Source: Podarcis tiliguerta
Lineage: Eukaryota
Strand: one strand, 5' to 3'
NCBI GenBank assembly: GCA_965153285.1
Contig: OZ229112.1
Length of the DNA stretch: 64,000 nucleotides
The position numbers and the translations under genes were made by a program. Below, in pieces: positions 1-13,300 of the stretch (positions within the stretch are counted from its first letter, which is position 1; every line of letters begins with the position of its first letter). The notes below the pieces were generated by a model that ran no database searches, was not told the origin of the DNA, and saw only the letters and a list, made by a program, of their open reading frames with translations.

Positions 1-474
1 CCACATAATGTTAACAGTAATTAACCAATGCAGTAGGATATTTATTAGAAAAAACTTATTGTGAATTGCTGACATTTTTTAAACGACATAACACATTGTG
101 GCTAAGGATAGGTGAAAAAAAATGTGTTATTCCCTCTGTGTTATAAAACCATGTTCAGGAAACTGTTAATACATGGTATTAATACATGGTGATGATGAGA
201 CAGTTAACAATTGGTCTGTACTGTAAAGCTTCCTAGTTCACTAACAAGCAGATATGATTTGGACACCTTGATTGGGAAGCATAAATTTTGCTTAAACTAA
301 GATCATAAATCTGTTGAGAAAGACAAAAAATGTCACAAAAATAGTTAAGGATGCTTTAAGCATGTTCATTCAGCTATAACTGGGGTTTTTCCTGGTTTGA
401 CCCAATTCCTTTTAAATGTTGCTAATCTGTCACTCACCCAGTCTTCTCTCCCTCCTCCCCATTTGTCTGCATAG

Positions 475-706
475 TTCCATGACAAGATAGATTCGACCAC
501 TGAGAGCCTAGAACGCATTGTTGAACGTTTGAGGCAACCGCCTTCCATCTCAGCTGAGGTTGAGAAGATTAAAGAACAGATCGGTGAAAATAAGAACGTG
601 TCTGTTGACCTTGAAAAACTTCAGCCAGTCTATGAAACCCTCAAGCAGCGTGGGGAGGAGATGATTGCCCGTTCAGAAGGCGCTGATAAGGACATATCTG
701 CTAAAG
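475..706 (+). CDS. DST: DST exon (spectrin repeat) [23 protein letters not shown]...DKDISAK
   Basis: atag|TTC ... AAAG|gtag; 232 nt; ends phase 1. Confidence 0.95.
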
Positions 707-3700
707 GTAGACTTCAAAATTTTACATTTCAAAATAAATGCATGAAAAAGTTTCCACAAGCACCTATTAAGAAGCAGAACTTTATATACCTGCCCATGTA
801 TATTTTGCTTCCTAGTGGTCCAGGATAAGTTGGATCAAATGGTCTTTATGTGGGAAGACATCCATACCCTGGCTGAGGAAAGGGAGGCCAAATTGCTTGA
901 TGCAATGGAATTAGCAGAGAAGTTCTGGTGTGATCACATGGCTCTCATAGCCACTATTAAGGATACTCAGGATTTTATCAGAGAACTAGAAGGAGCTGGA
1001 ATTGATCCTTCAGTGGTAAAGCAACAGCAAGAAGCAGCAGAGGTAGGTGAAATGTAACTGTTGGGCTTAGACTACTGTCCTGCTCCCATATATTTCTTAG
1101 CAATCGTGTATAAGCGTGTTAGTGGTTTGGACTATATTGTTATGCTATGTTTAGTAGAAATTCCTTTACAAATCATGGCTGGTTCAGATATAATAGGAAA
1201 CCATTGTTTCCAGCTCTGTGAATGAGCCACACTGAGCCGCCTCCTCCCGTCTCGAGTGCAAGGTTCTCCACAGCTCATTCACATTGTGGGAACTCCTAAT
1301 TACCCATTATATATGGACAGGACTGGATATAGAGTCCAGCACCATCTGTGTGGATTTATTTTGCTTCTTTAAGAAACAAAAATCCCTGTGTGTAACAAAT
1401 GCATAACTACAGGTAATCATGGCCGGCATTTTTTTTTTTTGCCTTCCTGCACTAGTCAGTAATGCCCTTTTTTTCTCTTCAGAGTCTATGCACTGCTAAA
1501 GGAAAAGACTTGCATGGGGGGAAATGCATTTGAAGTAATAATGAAAGGTGATGGCTGTGTTCTACCTCCAAATGTCAAAGGCAGTTTGCCTCTGAATATC
1601 AGCTCCTGTGAATCACAAGTGCTGTTGTGCACAGGTCCTTGTGGGCATCTGGTTGACCACTGTGAGAACATGATGCAGAACTAGATAAGCCTTTGGCCTC
1701 AACCCAGCAGGACTCAACGTTCTTTCTGATGACTGTTGTGTCCTTATAAGCCATCTAATGATGATTCAAGCATGGGGCTGGATTCAGTTAACCCATTTTG
1801 CTAATGGAAGTCAGCACAAGAACTTCTACTAGCTCAATAGAGATTCACCCCTCTTCTCCCCCTTCACCTCTGGAGGGTCAGGGGAACCCCCAGAACAGCA
1901 TGGAGAGGGAGGAAAAGGGAGATAGTTGCATCTGACAAGCAGAAATGCCTTTGCTGATGGAATATTGGCATAGTGTGATGTTGAATTCCACCCATTGAGT
2001 GGGGGAAATTCATGCATTAATCACCCTTAAAACACCATCCGTTCTCACCCAGAGCAATCTGCCTCCCAACGTGGTATTCAAATGACTGCACAAGTTTGGT
2101 CTTTTGGTTTACGTTTCTGATAGCCACTCCCCTCCCCAGTATTGCCTGTTGAAGTGAGAGGACTTTCCTAAGCCGTTTGTGATTTGCTGTGGTAGGATGT
2201 GTGTGGGGTAAAGTGGAAGAGAGGGAATAAAATAATCTCACTGCCATTGGACATGCCTAAAACAGCTCTGGTTTCCAACCTTTATTCACAAAAGTCATAA
2301 GCATTCATTACAGGGAAATAATAGCAGCCTGGGACCATGTGACATTGAGACATTGCATTTTTTATTTGATAATATTCAGAAGCAAGACCTACTAATTTGT
2401 TTAAAAGGAGGCTAGTATTCACCTTATTTCCTTAGCATTATGGTGTCATTTTCCCACACTGTATGGCTACAATGTTAGCTTACTGAATTTGAAAGCTGTT
2501 TTTCTAAGCAGGTAGATATGTCAGTCCCTGTAATGTTCTGGATACAGAGGAATTGTTAAGCCCCTGCCACAACAACCATCTGCCCAATGGGTGAAGAAAA
2601 ACCTACTCTTAAACTCACTCCTTCATGTTGTCATCTTTATAAATCAATATATTTTTAAAATTTAAGGTCAGCATGGCCTTATGCTATGCTAGTTAAACAC
2701 TAATGAATAGCAAATAATGTTTGCCACTCTGAATGAATCTTAAATAATAAATTTAATATTATGGAAAGTTTAACATTTTGTTTCTCTTTTTTAGACTATT
2801 AAAGAAGAGATAGATGGGTTACAAGAAGACTTAGATGTAGTGGTAAGCCTTGGCTCTGAACTGATAGCAGCATGTGGAGAACCTGACAAACCATTAGTCA
2901 ACAAGAGCATAGATGAGGTATGAGTCATGTAATTGTTTGGCATTTTATGCCCATATGAAATGGATAGAATAGAAAGGTGTTTCTTTTTTAAAATTGATGT
3001 ATGGTGCCTAATTTAAATACTTGGCAAACAAACAGGGTTCTTTGGGGAGTCAAAAGTAAAATTCACCACACTGGCTTCTGGTTTGATTTTGAAACCTTCA
3101 AGGCACTTTGCAGAACTGAAATAAACCTATGAAGCTTATAGTTTAACTTGCACTGTTAAGTGGAACCATCCACATATTTAACTATGGTATGGTAATAAGC
3201 CACCCAAAACTTGGGTGGATGGAATCCTGGTCCTTAATAGAGACATAGCCACCTAGATTTAGTGATTTTCCTTGCTCTTTTTATAGTATTAGGGAAGCTC
3301 TTGCATAATTTTTATATTGCAGATACAAAGACCTTAATCTAATGTCAATCCTAAGTTTTAATATATAGGTTATAGACATTGCCTTCCAGTTTTTTATTCA
3401 AGTGAATCTCCATTTAAAATGCAGCTAAATTCTGCTTGGGATGCTTTAAATAAAGCATGGAAAGAACGTGTTGACAAGCTTGAGGATGCAATGCAAGCGG
3501 CTGTTCAGTATCAAGATGGATTGCAGGTAAGGTTATTTTAATCTTTAAAATTTACAAGCATTATCTAATATCATTCTTTTCTTTTTTAAGAGTAACATTT
3601 TTAATCAGCCAGAGACCCCTGATTTGATTCCGAATTGTTGGTTCAGAACAATTGAAAATGTTGGTTTTCATTTAACCTATAAAGCACTTAATGGTTGTAT

Positions 3701-4280
3701 ACTATTATGACCTCATCTTCATCCTCCTGCAAGTTCATAGATCGTCAACTTTTGAATTTGCTTGGGAACAGCACCCCAAATTTTTCTATTACTATACCAA
3801 GTTTGTATGATGAGGAATTCTCAGGCAAAATGCAAGCTTATGTTCTTCTTTCTGGCAGCACAAGACAACCTGGTTGTTCGGGCTGGCTTTTGGTGGAATT
3901 GGGTATTTTAATTTGATATTAGTGGATATTCTGTTGTTTTTACCGATCCTGATTTTATAATAGTGTTGCATTCCCCTAAAACAGAGGTTGGGGGAACCTG
4001 TGGTCCTCCAGATGTTGTTGAACTTCAGTTCTCACCAGTGCCAGCCCACACAGCCAAGGATTATGAGAACTGTAGTCCCAGCAACACCTGGAGGGCCCCA
4101 GGTACTCCATCTCTGCCCTAAAACACAGGGTGGGGCAGCTAAATTTCTAAATGAACAATTAATAAATAGGTATATTAGGGCATGAATCATCCAGAGTTAA
4201 ATGTATGTTATGGGTCATGCAATGTGCTACATTGGAGATGTGTGATTGGATCTCCTAGCATATTCTTCTTCTCCTAAAAG

Positions 4281-4326
<46 letters not shown>

Positions 4327-7300
4327 CGCCACAGCACAGGGGGCATTTTTAAAATTAAACCCCCTGTCCTTTTTTCTTTCCACTCTGAGCTGCTGTAGAA
4401 GGAAAATCATATGGGCACGATACTGACCTATGCATAGGTATTTTTCCTTGTGACTAGTTCAGATGTAGCGACAAATCTTGGTCTGCTGTTACGTGTACAA
4501 ACCAGGGCAATCATCAGACTCACATGTTTTCCCCTCTTCCATTTCCTTCCCCTTTATGCATTTAAGGAACAAATGTAAAGCTTTAGTTGTGGTTTGTAAT
4601 AAACAGGTTAGCGCAAATTATCAAATGCTGGTTTGGATGCCTCACGTGCTCAGATTTTGATGGAACAGGAAACCATGGTTTGTTACAAACCGGTAATGAA
4701 AGCTTCACATTTCTACCACTTCACATTTGAAGTGGGGGAAAGGAGGCGAGGAGCACATGATCCTGAGACTTGCTGCTGGTCATTCACATAATGAAAAACC
4801 ATGACTTTTTGTTGCATATGTTCAAGACCTATATGCCAGTAAAATGAGGATGCATCAGTAGATCAAGCGAACCGCTGAAAGAGTTTGGTCACTATGATAC
4901 ATTTAGCTCAGACAAAATGTGAGATGGTGACATTCAAACCAAAAAGGGGGGGGGGGGCTAAGCTTTTTTTGGCAAGGTCTTTTGTAGTTTGGACAAAAGA
5001 TTCACTTGGTAGATTCTATACATTTTAATTTGCTGGTATGTCATGGTGGTTGACATGAAATTTGTCTCCAATAGAAGCATGTCTATAATTGAATATCTTC
5101 ACATTTTATGGCTGCTAGCTTCCTAACCATCTATTGATAAGGTTCAGGTTATAGTTCAGGTACACTGGGTGTGTAATAGGAGTGCTAAAATTAGCTGATG
5201 GTTTTTCAAGAGCATTTTTTAAAAGAAAAGTGGTTAAACAGTGCTAGGAACAGAAATGTTAAAAGTAGTTTATCTAAATTTTTAACATCTCTTTTTTTCC
5301 TCGCCACTGCACAATATAAGCATTACATGTCCGTTTTTGATCAACAGATCAAGTCTAGAAATATTACTAATAGCTTATTTCAATAAAGATATCTTTTCCA
5401 TATCACAAGGTTTGAAGGTCAATTTTATAGCATTTACCTATGTGATTGTAACTGATCCTATAACCAGGTTTTAATCTGAACATATTCCTATTGATTTGTT
5501 GTTGTTGTTGTTGTTAGAATTTATGTACCGCCCCATACCTGTGGATCTCAGGGCAGTTCACAGAACAAAATCAAAATATAAAACCACAAAATATATAATC
5601 AAAATAAAAACAACCCAATACCCCCCCCTAAAAAAAGAACCACGTTTTAAAAGGGCATAGGATGTTAATTAAATCAACCAAAGGCCTGGTTAAAAAGGAA
5701 CGTTTCTGCCTGGCACCTAAAATGTGTATAATGAAGGTGCCAGGCGAACCTCCCTGGGGAGAGCATTCCACAGACGGGGTGCCACTGCAGAGAAGGCCTG
5801 TTCTCATGTTGCCATCCATAACTTATCTGATGGTGATTTGATTCTATTCAGTGAGCAACATCCCACATATTCAAAAATTATAATATTTCATGACTGGCCA
5901 TGCTAAATTTTATCTGCTCAACAGATCTTTGGATCATTTGTCAATTGTAAGTGAGGTTCCCGTTTCACTGCTTTGGATCACATGCAATGTTTGTAAAGAT
6001 AGAATAACTAACTACCTGTTGGAACAAGGATGAGGACCCTCATGCCTGGGCGGGGGAGACCAAAGCAGCCCTCCAGCCCTCTCTGCCTGGCCCTTTGCAC
6101 TCTCCCCAGGACACCCACCTTCAACTGCACCCCCTTTCCCCTAGGTCACAATCAATCTTACTTTATACCCACTTTGAGTGTTTTTGCCTGGCTGGATTGT
6201 GTTCTTGAACTCTGATAGTACCACTTAGTATCCTGGATGAGAGTATGGAGTGGAGTGTGTTAAGTGTGTGTAGAATCAAGCCTGCTATATGAAGGTAAAC
6301 TACATTAGTTGCTTTACCCACTTTGCCTCTGGGCTTGCTCACTATTGTGGAATACAGTCTGGAAAAAGGGTTCCCCATCTCTGCATTAGAAACTGCATTG
6401 CACGTTGGACCGTGGTAAAATGTTTAGAGGCAGGACAACATCGTAACATCATGCCCAATTGCTTTTTTTATTATTATTTAAAAAGACTGTATTTGACCAG
6501 AGGGTCCCAGCAACATGCTTATTTCTATATTTCAGCTTTCATTACTTGGCTTTAATTCCTAACCTAAAAGCCACCAGTTTCTTAGTCTTTATCCTGCATT
6601 GTCTCCAGTATGACATTATGTCTGGAAGACACTTGCAGAAGCAGTGCACACTCCAAAAAGATGTGGATATTTCCCACCAAATGGAACTAAGCAGGCTAGT
6701 TCCTAGATTTTATTGGGGTAGGAGAGGTGCTCTTTGATATATTGACATGCACATGTATGCATGCTCTTAAATGGAATACCTGCTGCCAAGTTGGAGGTGA
6801 AGTGTGAACACAACTGCTCAGGTATAGCTGATGCATGATCCCTGGTAGTAGTTCACACCTCATTAATGGGGAGTGAAGTGGCCTTTGCTATCCAATGTTA
6901 TGCAATGTCCTTGAATGTTATGAAAATCTGGCTCCCTCTGCTGCATTTATACCCATCTTGAGTCATAGATATGGCACTGGAAGAGTGTTTGAATATCACC
7001 CTCTGAGCTTCCTCTAAAGACCTTCACATATCTTGAGAATTTTAATAAATGATTTGACTCATACATTCCAGAAGGATAGCCAGATCACACTATCTGTTAC
7101 CTCAAAAACAACAAAGAGATCTGTGGCATTTTAAAGACTAACAGTTCAATACTAGGCATGACCCAATGGAACTTATTCGCAGGTAGGTATTAGAGGATTG
7201 CAACAAATACGTGACAATAATTGGGTTAGTTCTTAAGACGCCACAAGATTCTCCATCGATGTTCCAATTGTAGGTTTTCTGGGGATAAAAATATTTGACA

Positions 7301-10300
7301 ACTCTTATATTCAGAAATGGAGAAGTGCACAAAAAGTTGTCACAGTGGAAAAACCCAGCAGAAAATTCTAAATTCTTTGAACAGGCAGCAACTGTTTTTT
7401 GGGGGGGGTTATGTTCCTGACCCCTGTGCACATCAGTGGAGTGTGCATAAGCCCACTCTGCCCCATTATGCCTCTGCCCCCCCCCCCTTTCAGGCCATTT
7501 CCAGGTTGTGGTGATGCGCATGTTCACAGTTATGCACATATTGGACAAGCATGAAACAGTTGTTGCCTGTAATACTTACAATTTTATTCAGCCACAAATA
7601 TACAGTACTTAGTGGCATTCACAGATCAGTTATTATTATGTTGCACCTACTATGAGGCTATGCTATAGCATTACTTGGACTACTATTTTACCTGATTTTC
7701 TTATTCTTATTCAATATGTTTACAGGCCATATTTGACTGGGTGGATATCGCTGGCAGTAAATTAGCTGCGATGTCACCAGTTGGAACAGACCTAGAAACA
7801 GTAAAACAACAGACAGAAGAAATGAAGGTATGAAACAGTAACTTCTTATGTATGTACATCTTTCTGTTAGTGTTAGTGTTCCAAATCACTTTGCATTCAG
7901 TCTGTAACAAAAAGCAAATTATTTTCGTACAGGCATGTTGTTTAAAAATCTACAGCCTTTCTGAGTCTGAAAGTAATATGACATCAGTTTCCTCTCCGAG
8001 TTAATTGTGGATTTTTTCCCCAAAAGCGGTTATTTTTTCACCACTGCATCAATTACTTTTATGACACCCAGCTTCCCTTTTAGAATGTGCACAAGTTCCT
8101 GCAAAGCCTGTCATTCTTCATACCATGGATTAGTCCTAAACATTCATAGATCTCTTCATTTCCACCGCAGCCCACTGGACTATAAAGCAAAATCCCCAGC
8201 CAACTCTAAAAGCAATATTTGAAATGGAAATATGACTCATTCTTTTCATAATACCTGGATGCTGCTGTGTGCTTTGCACAGGAAGCAGAGATGGTATAGG
8301 ATATCCTGTTTTAGGGCACAGGATTAGACTGGATGAATCCACTCCAGCCCTGTTATTGTATGTGCAAAGCAGGGCTTGAATATGTTGGGAAATTAAACAG
8401 GGAATTTAACAGCCAATATTTAAGCCCTGTCTCTCAGCAGGGGTTGGAGATTGAAAATTAGGGTTAAGAAATTACTTCTAAAAATGAAAGTGGGGATTAA
8501 GAGATCATCAAAACAGGGCAGAGTGGTGATAGTGATGCATCACCTTGACCTAGGGGTATACAGTAACAAGGGTGAGGGGGGAGCCCTTCTACATTTCTCA
8601 CTTCTCTCTTATTGAATCAGTGTGTATCTTTGGTAAAAGATGTTAGGCTAGATAGGGAATAGGGAATAGGATTTTGTGAATGGGTCACAGCAGGGAGGCT
8701 TCAGGGAGTGTTGGCTGGCCGCCCAATGACTTGCAGAGTGTGCTGAGGGCAGAAATAAGTTATTGATGAATCCTTCTTCCTTGGATCTTCAACAACTTTC
8801 GGGTGTGCAAAGGATTCCCTTCCTCTTCTGTGCCTGGCTCCTCTAGTTTTGCATAGCATACTTAACAGGTTTAACAGCCTTCTGAATAAGCATGTTTTTA
8901 AAGCTCTGAAGAAATGCCTTTTGACAAAAGAGAAAGCATTTGTTAACATCAACCACTGACATTCAAAACTCACGATATAGAGTTAATCTTTTTCACGACC
9001 AAAATTAATATCAGATGAAAAAAAATCTCCGTTGGGTGGTTTTTCTTCCTCCATGCTTTTTGCAAACACTGTAGGGATATTTTGAATAAGGATGTATTAT
9101 GGACATGTCCACATGGCTATCTGCCTTGAGCTCCATGCTGCTGTGTGCATTTGGAAACCGGGATATGACCCCTGGAACGGCTGTTGCCATTTCCTCTAAG
9201 GCTAGCAACATTCCTCCAGCAACAGAAATTCTGTGTATCCCATAAGTCATGCAGTTGGTGGGGAAACTAATGTTGCTAAAGCCTCGAGCACATTCTTACG
9301 TTGGTGATTGGTTGCTGAAGTGTTGTTCTTCCACATCTCTGCATTTATTTATAATTACATCTAAATCAGAGATGTAATGATATTAAGAAAATGCATGCCC
9401 AGAACTGTGACTCATGTAAAAATACAAGGGGTAGACTCTTCTGGATTCAGCTAATTTATTTATTACATTGATTAGTTACTCCATAACCACAGGAGTGTCA
9501 AACAATTAAAAGAATTTAAAGTATAAATCCAATAAAACGTGAAATAACACCACCAAAAATTGAAGAAAACAACAGTCATGTCAGAGCAGACTGGGTCAAT
9601 AGTCAGGTAAATATAACAACGGACAAGAGAGAGCCACAAAATATCGTTGTACAGGTAAAGCTATATTCTAACCCTCAATGAATGCAGACATTAATATCTG
9701 TGTGTGCGTGTGCATTGTTGCAGCCAACAAGCTATGTTTCTCACCTCTCTTTCCAATGCCATGCTTCTTACCAAGAGGGGTAGGGTGAATGCAACAAGAG
9801 CTCAGCATGGTGCAAGAGCAGTGGTGGACCCAGCCTGATGCTCCCACTGCTGTACCCATACCTGTTGCCTTGGCTCTGCTCCTGTCCCTCTTGGTAAGCA
9901 GCAGTGGATGGCATTGGGAAGACAGGAAACAAACACTCAGGTGCAACAGCTGCTACTGCATGCACGTGCGCACACACACAAACTGGTTTTTAAATTTGTT
10001 TTAAAAGTTCCTGCTTTTGCATGCTGGATGCGTTTCCTTCTGTATTAATTTGGAGAAAACACATGCCTTGGTTATTGGAAATCCAGGGGCAGAAATATCC
10101 GGTGTGACCTATTTGGCAATTTTGAAATAAGGACAGAGCATCCTACTAAGCACTCTTCTCTGGGTGATATTCATTGTTGACTATTGTCTTCCTTGGTTTC
10201 CACAGCAATTTAAGAAAGAAGCCTATCAGCAGCAGATTGAAATGGAACGGCTGAACCACCAAGCAGAGCTGTTGTTGAAGAAGGTGACAGAGGAGAGTGA

Positions 10301-13300
10301 TAAGCACACCGTACAAGACCCCTTGTCTGAACTTAAGCTGTTGTGGGAAAGTCTGGAGGATAAAATTGTTAGCCGCCAGGTAAATGGAAACTGAAAGGGT
10401 AATATTCTGCCTTATGTTGCCATGAAATGCATGTTCTCTGGCACTCGTGCTCTGAAATTTCAATAGCAGGAGTTTCTACGTGGAAACTCAATTGTGTGTC
10501 AAAGTTTATTACGTGACCTAGGGAAGGAGTTCTCAAAACTGTGGCCTTTCATTCAGGTAATCCATAGCAGGTTGGCATCAAATACTCATATTACTTTTTA
10601 ACAGTTTTTTAAATTATTTTCAGTTAACATATTGCATTGTATTTTTTAGTGTAGTATAATTTGAATTGATTGGAATGCAAATTGTGCTACAGCAAAATAC
10701 AATACATTGGAAATAACTTTCTGACAGTAAGAGTTGTCTGACAGGGAAATGGACTCCCTCAGAAGGTGGTGGACTCTCCTTCCTTGGAGGTTTTTAAGCA
10801 GAGGTTGGATGGCCCTCTGTCATGGATGCTTTAGCTGAGATTCCTGATTTGCAGGAGGTTGGACTAGATGACCCTTAGGGTCCCTTCCACCTCTACAGCA
10901 ATAAAAAGGCAATAAAAATGTCACTTAGAATCATACAGCATCTAGCGCGTTACATTACAGTTGCTATAACAGACAGAAAAATCATGGAATGGCCCACCAA
11001 GGCCATCAACATTTTTTAGTGGTCATGCGGGGAAGAGGGGTTGGAAACCCTGAGCTTAGGGGATTTTCTGCAATGCTATGGAAATGCAATGCAAACTTTA
11101 AATTGGGCTATATTTTAAGCTAGCATGGTTAAAATCTTCCGATCCACAAATTGAGCCACTACAGAAGAGCAATTTGACCCAAGGAGACAGCTGCCACACG
11201 GAGCAGTTTCCAATAAGCTTCCGGGCAGCAGATGTTTCCTGCAAATCAGGCTGTTGTTGTGGTAGCTATGAAGCTAGAAGCTGTACACTATAGTTATTTT
11301 TATTTATTTCTATGGGTTCACCAAAGTGCATTAGCAAAAAATATGCTAGTCCCTGCCCCAAGCAGATGGCAGGAGGACATAGTCCAGTGTGTTTAGGGTC
11401 AGTGGTTTATCGTAAGTTGCTACACCACAATATTACATCAGACATATGAGGTACATGGGGAGAGATTGTTGGGTTTCGATGGTGGGGCTCCATTTTCAAA
11501 TTCTGACCCAAACACGAAGCTCACTGGTTGGTGTTGAGCAACCCTGTCTCTTTGACTAACTATCCAAGTTCCTTGGATGATAAAATGATGCCTTTTCTAT
11601 TACAGCTCACCCTGGAATGGATTTCGAAAAATAAATAATTGCAAAAGAACTTTTAACTTTGTGGCCGCTGTCTAGAATTGTTTTCAGATAATGTTGCTGC
11701 ATTCAAGTGCATTACATAAAATTTGGATGGCGTCTCTTACGCCAGGAGCAGTTGGTGACAAGGGGATGGGGGCAGCGCTTTGCCTCTGGCATCCTGGTAG
11801 TGGATTCACTGCTGCTTACCAGGAGGGTGCAGGAGAAGGTGGTGGGGAGGTTGAGTGTTGGGTAGACATGTTAGTGGAAGTGCTAGATAGGCTCTGCTGT
11901 TCAACCTGCACAGTGTCAAACTGCTGGCTGCCTCACCTCTCAATAGTTGGCAGTGACTCCACTGCCAGGAGGCCAGGTATGGAAATGCACCTCCTCGCTG
12001 ACCACTCTTGCCTTATTGCAATCATTCATTTGAGGTTTGATGCAACTAAGGACATTTTAAATTGTTTGCGGCCTTAACATAAAGTACAGTAATAATTCCA
12101 TCCATTCCCCCTTTTTTTACAGCATAAGCTGGAAGGCGCTTTGTTGGCTTTGGGGCAGTTCCAACATGCCCTGGATGAGTTGCTCGCATGGCTCACCCAT
12201 ACAGAGGACCTGCTGAATGAACAGAAACCTGTGGGTGGTGACCCCAAGGCTATTGAAATTGAGCTGGCCAAACATCATGTACGTAGCTGATAATTCTGAG
12301 ATTCACTGCTTTAGATATATCCGGATGCTTTTTATGGCAACGTTCGCAAAGAGCATTTTCGCACATCACCAAATCATGATTTCAAAGGATGCAAGCCCAA
12401 AGATAAATTTGTATTACAAAACATAATTGCTAACATATAGATATTGCTGTTTCCTCCCTTCTTTTCTTTACGTTTCCCAGTCATGGATGGTTCAGAACAT
12501 CTCATTGGTTAAAAAAAACGTATTCTTGGCAAAGCATCACATACCTGTCGTGGCTTAATAAATGAACTGCAGGTACAGAAAGGGTTCAGCAAACACTCAC
12601 TCTTAGGTACTTCCTGCTCATTTAAGTCTTCCATGCTAGAGAGTACTTCCTCTTTGATCATCAAAAAATTCAGGAACTTGGCAAGCAGTTGCCGTTGTCC
12701 TAAAAGAGTGGAGGGGAGAAAAAGTGGCACCTGTTTCTGTAATAAAAGTTTGACTTTTTCGAATTGATGGACATTTATTTAAAACAATGAATAATAAATC
12801 TATTTCCATGTTCGAATTGTAACACAGAAGTGAGAGTGTATTCAAACATAGTTCTCACTTCACTAAATCACATCATACACAGTAAGTTTCCCTTTCCTGC
12901 ACTATGAAGACCATTACGGTGATATAATTTCGTTTCTCTTACCCCAAATCTGAATGTTACACATAGGATCAATCCACTTAACGATTCCTGCAACAAACAT
13001 CCATTTCCGCTATTTTCATATGGCAAATTCTCTTTATTTGCCCATTGGCTTAAATACCATTTTCTTCAAACTCCCTAAAAATGTTTCTCTTGATTTGGCA
13101 GCCATCCCTGAGATGCAATGTCCATTCTCACAGGGTTCAGCATATAGGAAGATTTGGATAGCTTGGCATAACTTCATGAAGAAATTAGCAGAATGTTACA
13201 TAACACCCCTGAACCCATATACTTTGAGCCTTGATGCACTCCCCATGCTTTGGCCACTTAGCCATCCTTAGAGGTCCTAAATAGGAGGAGCTATCCATGG

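Noticed and set aside
12500-13270. Coding-looking intronic stretch with several 70-105 aa ORFs
   Set aside because: No recognisable domain, frequent stops and no splice context. It is probably a decayed repeat that I cannot assign.
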